A stretch of DNA of 43,720 nucleotides from Coriobacteriia bacterium. Its GTDB lineage: Bacteria; Actinomycetota; Coriobacteriia; Anaerosomatales; JAGXFU01. Of this stretch, positions 27,890 to 34,467 are shown piece after piece. Below the pieces are notes generated by a model. The model did no database searches and was not told where the DNA came from. It saw nothing but the letters and a program-made list of their open reading frames with translations. The position numbers and the translations under genes were made by a program. The stretch is taken from assembly GCA_041739935.1 (NCBI GenBank), contig JBGSMX010000274.1, positions 1 to 43,720 on the forward strand, given 5' to 3'. The stretch's first letter is position 1. Each line of letters begins with the position of its first letter.

Positions 27890-27964
27890 ATGAAGCGTAT
27901 CATCGTTCTGCTCAGCTCTCTGGCTGCCGTTGTTCTTTCCGGCGGCGCATGCATCCGCTGGTAG
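27890..27964 (+). CDS. 24-codon micro-ORF encoding a signal-peptide-like peptide (MKRIIVLLSSLAAVVLSGGACIRW)
   Basis: ATG 27890 lies 9 nt after GGGGGT, and the stop is TAG at 27962-27964. The peptide has a basic n-region, a hydrophobic core and a Cys 4 residues from the end. It is below the ORF-track cutoff and sits 60 nt upstream of the HD-GYP gene. Confidence 0.25.
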   Translation: MKRIIVLLSSLAAVVLSGGACIRW

Positions 27965-28024
27965 TGATTGCTAGCCCGTTTTTCATCCTCGGCGTTGGCC
28001 CATCTCTGTCTTGGCGGTCCGGAC

Positions 28025-29302
28025 ATGAAAGCTAAGCTGTACGTCTGGACAGTCGTGGCACTGGCTGTGGTAGCGGTAGGGTACGCGGTTGCGGTATACG
28101 GTGTTACGGACCTTCAGGTTGCGCTCTTCCTCGGGGGCCTTGCTCTACTTACCGAGTGGGTTGCGGTGGATCTGCCGATTGTGGGGTCGGTCTCTCTCAC
28201 CTTCGCGCTAATCTATGCGGCGGTCCTCCTAGGCGGGCCGGTTGACGGCGCGATTGTCGCGGTAATCGGCTCTATCTCGATCAAGGACATACTTGGCGGC
28301 AAACCCTTTCTGCGGATGGCCTTCAACACCGGGCAGTACGCTCTGTTCACAGTTGCTGCCGGTCTTGTGCAAGTTGCGCTAGGCATTTCCCCGCTGGAAG
28401 CAACGCCGGCGCTGACCGATTCAGGTGTCCATTGGATTGTCGGTAGTCTCGCGATTGCAGCCACTCTCGCCACGCTGAACATGGTGCTTGTTGGTGTTGT
28501 AATCTCTTTGTCCACTGGCGTCTCCCTATCCGCCGTATGGCGCGAGAGTTCTCGTTCCTACGCGGTGAGCCTCCTTGTGCTCGCGCTCCTCGGGCTGGTG
28601 TTAGCGCAGCTCATTCATGTTGCTGGTCTGGTGGGAACGTTCCTGATTGTCATTCCGTTTGCAGTTGCGCGACAGACCTTCCAGGTCTATGCGCAACAGA
28701 CAGAGGCTTACCGAGACACGGTACGCTCGCTGGTGACCGTGTTGGAAGCGAAGGATCCGTATACGCGCGGCCATTCGGAGCGCGTCGCATGGTACGCGCG
28801 TCGCATCGCCGAAGGGCTTGGGTGGGGCGATCAGGAAGTCCAGAAGATCGAGTGGGCCGCTCTGTTACATGACATCGGTAAGGTAGCGATTCCGACCGCT
28901 ACGCTGGTCAAACCAGGTGAGTTGACAGCGGCCGAGTACCAGGAGGTCCAGGAGCATCCAGCCCTGGCGGTCGAGATTCTTGCGAATATCGATCTGCTGA
29001 GCGACGTCATCCCGTTCGTTGGCGCGCACCACGAGCGTCCCGACTCGTACGGGTATCCGTCCGGCATGGGCGCCGAAGATATCCCGCTTGGCGCGCGTAT
29101 TCTATCCGTGGCGGACTGTTTTGATGCTATGACGTCGAATCGCTCCTATCGAAGGGCGCGGACGTACGGGGACGCAGTCCGGGAGCTCAAAGCCGTAGCA
29201 GGCACGCAGCTTGATCCGCGCTGCGTGGATGTCCTTCTTGAGCGAGTCGACGATGGAGCTGTGAGTAGGCTGCTTGAGGGGAGCGCGCTTGATGATGTCT
29301 GA
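28025..29302 (+). CDS. Multi-pass membrane HD-GYP domain protein (predicted c-di-GMP phosphodiesterase, catalytic motifs intact)
   Basis: About 210 aa of hydrophobic helices, then HD-GYP motifs: RGHSERVA, LLHDIGK, QEHP, GAHHERPDSYGYPSG, ILSVADCFDAMTSNRSYR. ATG 28025 starts the first TM helix. Confidence 0.85.
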   Translation: MKAKLYVWTVVALAVVAVGYAVAVYGVTDLQVALFLGGLALLTEWVAVDLPIVGSVSLTFALIYAAVLLGGPVDGAIVAVIGSISIKDILGGKPFLRMAFNTGQYALFTVAAGLVQVALGISPLEATPALTDSGVHWIVGSLAIAATLATLNMVLVGVVISLSTGVSLSAVWRESSRSYAVSLLVLALLGLVLAQLIHVAGLVGTFLIVIPFAVARQTFQVYAQQTEAYRDTVRSLVTVLEAKDPYTRGHSERVAWYARRIAEGLGWGDQEVQKIEWAALLHDIGKVAIPTATLVKPGELTAAEYQEVQEHPALAVEILANIDLLSDVIPFVGAHHERPDSYGYPSGMGAEDIPLGARILSVADCFDAMTSNRSYRRARTYGDAVRELKAVAGTQLDPRCVDVLLERVDDGAVSRLLEGSALDDV

Positions 29303-30500
29303 CAAGCGCCAAGGTGTCATTCAGGCCGTAATACTTCTGATTCTGGGAGGACTGAGCACGGTCGCTTTGACGGCATTTCCGTCTTCCAGGGCGGACTTCT
29401 TCTCGCTCATTCTTCCCTTGGCTCTTTCGTTTGCAGCGATGGAGCTGACGCCGCTCCCCTTACCGAGGGGAGAGCAGTTCAGGCTGGACGCGGGAGTTGC
29501 GGTCGCAGCGATGCTTCTGCTGGATCCACTCGCGGCGGGGTTAACCGCACTGGCGGGTAGCGCGCTCGGGATCCTACTCGTCCGGTTTGGCTCCACTCGA
29601 GTCCACGATCTTGTGGATGTGCTTCGGACGGGTCTGACGGTCTATGCTGCCGCGTCAATATGGTCCTATGCTGGGCTTAGCAGTGCCGTCGATCCGGTCT
29701 ACCTTGCATCATGGGCAAGCGCTCTCGGACTTGGCCTGGTCTACATGGCACTGGATCTCATCGGATGGACAATACTTGAAACGCGCGTTCCTGAGGCTCG
29801 GACACCCCGGAGCCTTGGAAGCCTTCTCGGACTTCTCGGAAGTGTCTATTTGGGTCAGATTTCGGCGGGCGTTGCCATCGCGGTTGTGCAAGAGAGCCTT
29901 GGCGTTCTGGCAATCCTCGCGCTACTGCTGCTTGTGTTGATCATGCAGCATACATTCGGGCTGTTGCTGAGAGTGCGGGCCGCATACACGATGACTGTCA
30001 GCGCGCTCTCCAGGGTGGCGGAGATGTCGCAAGAACTCCCACCCGGTCACGGTGAGCGTGTAGCGGACACGTCGGCCCGAATCGGCCGGGCGTTGGGTCT
30101 TTCACCCACAGTGCTGGAGCGACTAACGTTGGCCGCCCTGCTGCATGACATAGGAGGGGTTCGAGGCGTCCCAAACGATGGCGCCAACATCAGGGTTGCG
30201 GAAAGACAGCAGGCCTCGGCGGGCGCGACGCTAATATCGAGAGTCAACTTCCTGTCCTCTCTAGCGCCGGTCATCGCGCGACACGCGAGCCCATACTCTG
30301 AATTCATTGAGACGCAGGACACCGATGGTCTCTTGGCGCGCATCATCCACGTGGCGTCCGACTTCGATTGTCTGACCAGCGACCCAGCCCACGACTCGGC
30401 AACAGCGGTCGATATTATGAAGCGAGGCGTTGGACAGGAGTACGATCCTAGGGCTCTTGAGGCAATTGAGGCGCTGGCGGGCAAAAGGGACGCCCGGTGA
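29292..30500 (+). CDS. Multi-pass membrane protein with a degenerate HD-GYP-like domain (probably non-catalytic)
   Basis: Same architecture as the upstream gene. It keeps GHGERVA, LLHDIGG and HVASDFDCLTSD, but HHE..GYP is replaced by ARHASPYSEF and the EHP histidine is lost. It overlaps the upstream gene by 11 nt. Confidence 0.75.
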   Translation: MMSDKRQGVIQAVILLILGGLSTVALTAFPSSRADFFSLILPLALSFAAMELTPLPLPRGEQFRLDAGVAVAAMLLLDPLAAGLTALAGSALGILLVRFGSTRVHDLVDVLRTGLTVYAAASIWSYAGLSSAVDPVYLASWASALGLGLVYMALDLIGWTILETRVPEARTPRSLGSLLGLLGSVYLGQISAGVAIAVVQESLGVLAILALLLLVLIMQHTFGLLLRVRAAYTMTVSALSRVAEMSQELPPGHGERVADTSARIGRALGLSPTVLERLTLAALLHDIGGVRGVPNDGANIRVAERQQASAGATLISRVNFLSSLAPVIARHASPYSEFIETQDTDGLLARIIHVASDFDCLTSDPAHDSATAVDIMKRGVGQEYDPRALEAIEALAGKRDAR

Positions 30501-31051
30501 TTCTGGTACTCGATGCCGTGGCTATCGCAGTGGTAGCAGGGTTCCTGACGGGTGGCCGATTCGCGAGTCTGGCCCGACTAAGGCTGCGCGGCGAGGGACT
30601 GCTCGTCGCGGGCTTGCTTGCCCAGATTCTTCTTCCGCGTTTGGTGCCCCGGGGACTTGTTTCTGATTCGATTAGCGTCGCTCTCTTCTGGGGACTGCCT
30701 AGTTTACTCGTATTCTTGGCTCTCCTGGCCAACTGGCGCTTGATCGGTGCTGCCATCGCGAGTGCCGGAGTGGGTCTGAACTTGCTGGTGGTACTTCTCA
30801 ATTCGGGTATGCCCGTCTTGCTCCCGGCGGGGACCGCGACGGGGGTGGGGGTTGACCGGATGGTCAGTCAGATTCAGTCTTCATGGCTGCATGTTGAGGT
30901 CACCACGCACACTCGGTTACTTATACTCGCTGATGTTGTCCCCCTTGTCGGGCCGACGTGGCATCGCGGTATGGTGAGTCTCGGGGATATCATGTTGGCC
31001 GTCGGAGTGGCCCATTTGGTGTTTTCAGCGATGCACACCGCAGAGGAGTGA
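30497..31051 (+). CDS. Small integral membrane protein, DUF5317-like
   Basis: 184 aa with 5-6 hydrophobic helices and the C-terminal motif GD(I/V)(M/L)LA.G. The GTG overlaps the upstream TGA (GTGA). The family name comes from memory of similar proteins and is not verified. Confidence 0.55.
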   Translation: MILVLDAVAIAVVAGFLTGGRFASLARLRLRGEGLLVAGLLAQILLPRLVPRGLVSDSISVALFWGLPSLLVFLALLANWRLIGAAIASAGVGLNLLVVLLNSGMPVLLPAGTATGVGVDRMVSQIQSSWLHVEVTTHTRLLILADVVPLVGPTWHRGMVSLGDIMLAVGVAHLVFSAMHTAEE

Positions 31052-31144
31052 ACCCGCTTGCGACTGCAACGTGCATGGTAAGCCCCGGTTAAGGCTCAAA
31101 GGGGACAATCTCTCCACGGACAATCGCGTTGGGGGGCAGACTGC

Positions 31145-34100
31145 ATGAGCGGGTCGAATGGCGGTGTCCAGCCGCACGGGCTTGAGATACCCAGGCGACA
31201 TCTGTTAGACGGCGTTCAGCGAAGCCGCGAGGGCACGGTGATGATTCTGGGGCCTGCAGGGTACGGCAAGACCGTACTGGCGATGCAGATCGCCTCGGCC
31301 GCACCGGCATCGATTCTGCTCGACTGCTCGTGCGTCGAACCGCATCTTGGATGCTTGTCTCGTGCGATTGCTGCTGCAATTCGCTGCGACTCGGTGCGAC
31401 GCTGCGCCCAGGTATTGCTTCCTCACGAATCCGAGGAGAGTGTCACCCTCGATCTGATGGATGCGCTGATCGAGCTCCCAAATCACGCCACATGTGTTGT
31501 TCTCGACGATCTTCCCAGCGGGATTGAGCCACAGGTGCTGCTTGAGATTGCGAGCTGTGTCAGAAGGGCATTGCCAGCCGGGAGGCTTGTGATCACATCA
31601 CGGCGCATCGATTTCGGGCTTGAGGTATCTACCGCAGCGCTGACGATTGGTCCCTCCGAGCTACGCATGCGAACGCACGAGACGCGTACGCTGCTCGAGG
31701 CCGCGACCGGACGGGGCGTCTCCGAGGAGGCGGTTCAGAGGGCCCAAGCGGAATCCCAGGGGCATGCAGCCGCGCTGCGTCTTATCGCGAGGTCAATATG
31801 CCTCGGCACCGAAGATCGCGAGTTTGGTCCGCCTCTGGAGGCGAATCTGCAGACCTATCTTCAGGAGTTGGCGCGACAGCAGCTTTCCCCGCAGCAGTTG
31901 GACCTGCTGTTTGTGCTGTCACTGCTGATCTCGGGCCAGAGCTCTGAATTGCGATCGTTCCGAGGCGGGGAAACAATCCAGCAGCTGGAGCAGGTATCGC
32001 TCTGCATTCCCTTTGTCTCGCTTTCGCGTGGTCCATTGCAGACGAGGTTTGCCGTGCACGACCTGGCCGTCGCTGCCTTCACGGATCCGACCTTCGTCCG
32101 TGACCATGTGAGTGAGCCAGTCCAGTTGAGGGAGTCGGTGCTGGCGCTACTCGATGCGAGAGGCGACTACGAGAGGCTCTTCAGGGCGCTCCTCGCGGCG
32201 GATGACGCTGAGCGCACCGCCACTTGGGCAGAATCTCGAGGCGAGAGACTCCTAGATCAGGGGAGTCTGACAATACTCAGGGAGGTCATGTGCAGAATCG
32301 GTCCTGCGATGGTTCTGCGGAGTCCGCGTATGCTCCTGCTGGAAGCAAGCCTCCTGCGCGAGATACCCCAGTACAGGGAGGCTCTCAGGAAGGCGACTGT
32401 GGCCCGAAGGCTGGCCGAGTTCGAATGCGATCAAGACGCGGTGATCGATTCTCACCTGATGATAGCTCGCCTGCAGATGGATCTCGGTTGGATGGGTGAT
32501 GCCGCTAACGCCCTGATAGAAGCACGCACTGTCGGCCACGGGCGGTGCTCCAAAGATACTCTCGCGCTCATTCACTCATACCTGGGACTGTGCTTCATGT
32601 GCGTTGGAAGGATGAAAGACGCAGCGCTTGCAGCGGACTCTGCCGCCGAGGTGGTGTCGATGAGCTGTATCGGAGACGAGGTGCTTGCGAGGGTGATGAC
32701 GATCACGGCCGCGACAACGGGCGTGCTCGGCGGGCGCATGGACAAGGTGCTGGATCTGTGTTTGCGGATAGAGGGGCTGCAAGATGTGTCGCACAGTCTG
32801 AGACTACAAAACAAAGGCAACCTCGGAACAGCGTTGTGTGAAGTGGGGCATTTGCGGCGAGCAGAGCAGATACTCGAAGGTGCCCTATTCTTGCTCGGCG
32901 ATCGTGAGGTCGGAGGTCTGCATCATGCCTTGACGGCAACATTAGCAGTGCCCAAAGCGGGCTTGGGTCAATACCAGCTCGCTGAAGAGTACATGAGGAT
33001 CGCCGTTGCCGGACTTGTCTCGGTCGGTGACGAGTTGTGTGCAGCGCACGGACTTGTTTTTCAATCGACTTGGCAGAGAGCTTCGGGCGAGTTAGACGAT
33101 TCGCTCGCGACAGCCGAACGTGTGCTGGAAATGTGCGCCTCGTTGTCCTGTCAGTGGCTCGAGTGGCAGACGCATCTGGAGATGGGGGCCACCGTGCTGG
33201 CGATGGGCGACGTTGCTGCCGCCCAGAGAGCTGCATTTGCGATTCGAGGTGCCGCCAAGGAAGTTGAAGCGAGCCGTCACTGGCTGACCGCGGATCTCAT
33301 CCTGGCTGAGGTTGCGAGGCGCGAAGGTAGAACTCAAGAGGGTATCGCACGACTGGTGGAGCACGAGGACTACCTACTCACAGAGAGCGCGAACTGGCAG
33401 ACCGCGATGTATATCAGGGCTTTCCCTCACCTGCTAGGCATGTTGGCTGTCGCCGTAGGCCCCGAGTCTCTCCCGGTGCATCTGCTGCGAATGGTCCTGC
33501 CGCAGGACGCCGAGCGTACGCTTGCTGCATGCTCGGATGTGCTGGATGACGACACATGGCGGAAGCTCGCAACTCGCGTCGTCGGGGACTCCGATGCGAG
33601 TCGCCTTGAGAGGATACGGGAGACACCCAAGTGCTATGTCCGTTTCTTCGGCGGACTTCAAGTGCGCGTCGGCGACCGAGAGGTGCTCGATAGGCACTGG
33701 CGCAAGCGGAAGGCCCGCCTGATGTTTGCGATGCTCACAGCGCGTAAGGGAAGTGAGATACCGCGAGAACAGGTCTTTGAGCTCCTGTGGCCAGAGATGG
33801 ATGAGGAGCGCGCCAGAAACAATTTCTACGTCATTTGGAGTGCGATGAAGACCGCGCTAGTACCGCAGGCGACAAAGAGCACTCCGTGTCCCTACACCGA
33901 GAACGCAGGCGGGATGTGCAGGGTCGTACGCGAACTCGTCACCTCTGACATCGAGGAGTTCGAAGTCGCGCTCGGCGACGCGGCGGACGCCGAGCGGCAG
34001 AACAACGTCGGCAAAGCGATTCGCGCGTACGAACAGCTCGCGGACATCTACCGCGGCGAGTTCCTGCCCGGCGACATCTACGAGGACTGGTTCTCCCACA

Positions 34101-34456
34101 TGAGGGACACGTTCCGTGTCGAGTTCGGTGATGCCATGTTGCGCGCCGCCCGGCTACTGAAGGACGAGGGCGACAACGTCAGGGCGCTGCTCATGATTAG
34201 AAGGGGGCTCCGTGCTGATCCCGGGCGCGAGGATCTCTACCAGGCGGCGATCTCACTGCAAATCGCTTCGGGCCAGCGGAGCGCGGCCATCGAGACGTAT
34301 GCGGCGTGTCGCAAGCGTCTAGCCGAGGAGCTGGGCCTGGATCCGTCATCCGACACCGTCAAGCTCTACGAGCAGGTGCTGGCCATGGAAGATCCGCCCG
34401 AGAGCGAGTGGTCGGACAAAGGAAATCGGGAGCACGATGAGCCTGGCCCGAGCTGA
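31145..34456 (+). CDS. Large STAND-type ATPase / TPR-like regulator with a C-terminal SARP module (OmpR-type winged helix + BTAD)
   Basis: Walker A ILGPAGYGKT (31250-31273) and Walker B-like CVVLDDLP. A long helical-repeat middle follows. The C-terminus from about 33632 has a wHTH (VRFFGGLQVRVGDREV..WRKRKARLMFAML...REQVFELLWPE) and BTAD (YRGEFLPGDIYEDWF...LYQAAISLQIASGQRSAAIETYAACRKRLAEELGLDPS). Confidence 0.8.
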   Translation: MSGSNGGVQPHGLEIPRRHLLDGVQRSREGTVMILGPAGYGKTVLAMQIASAAPASILLDCSCVEPHLGCLSRAIAAAIRCDSVRRCAQVLLPHESEESVTLDLMDALIELPNHATCVVLDDLPSGIEPQVLLEIASCVRRALPAGRLVITSRRIDFGLEVSTAALTIGPSELRMRTHETRTLLEAATGRGVSEEAVQRAQAESQGHAAALRLIARSICLGTEDREFGPPLEANLQTYLQELARQQLSPQQLDLLFVLSLLISGQSSELRSFRGGETIQQLEQVSLCIPFVSLSRGPLQTRFAVHDLAVAAFTDPTFVRDHVSEPVQLRESVLALLDARGDYERLFRALLAADDAERTATWAESRGERLLDQGSLTILREVMCRIGPAMVLRSPRMLLLEASLLREIPQYREALRKATVARRLAEFECDQDAVIDSHLMIARLQMDLGWMGDAANALIEARTVGHGRCSKDTLALIHSYLGLCFMCVGRMKDAALAADSAAEVVSMSCIGDEVLARVMTITAATTGVLGGRMDKVLDLCLRIEGLQDVSHSLRLQNKGNLGTALCEVGHLRRAEQILEGALFLLGDREVGGLHHALTATLAVPKAGLGQYQLAEEYMRIAVAGLVSVGDELCAAHGLVFQSTWQRASGELDDSLATAERVLEMCASLSCQWLEWQTHLEMGATVLAMGDVAAAQRAAFAIRGAAKEVEASRHWLTADLILAEVARREGRTQEGIARLVEHEDYLLTESANWQTAMYIRAFPHLLGMLAVAVGPESLPVHLLRMVLPQDAERTLAACSDVLDDDTWRKLATRVVGDSDASRLERIRETPKCYVRFFGGLQVRVGDREVLDRHWRKRKARLMFAMLTARKGSEIPREQVFELLWPEMDEERARNNFYVIWSAMKTALVPQATKSTPCPYTENAGGMCRVVRELVTSDIEEFEVALGDAADAERQNNVGKAIRAYEQLADIYRGEFLPGDIYEDWFSHMRDTFRVEFGDAMLRAARLLKDEGDNVRALLMIRRGLRADPGREDLYQAAISLQIASGQRSAAIETYAACRKRLAEELGLDPSSDTVKLYEQVLAMEDPPESEWSDKGNREHDEPGPS

Positions 34457-34467
34457 GTCACCATCCC

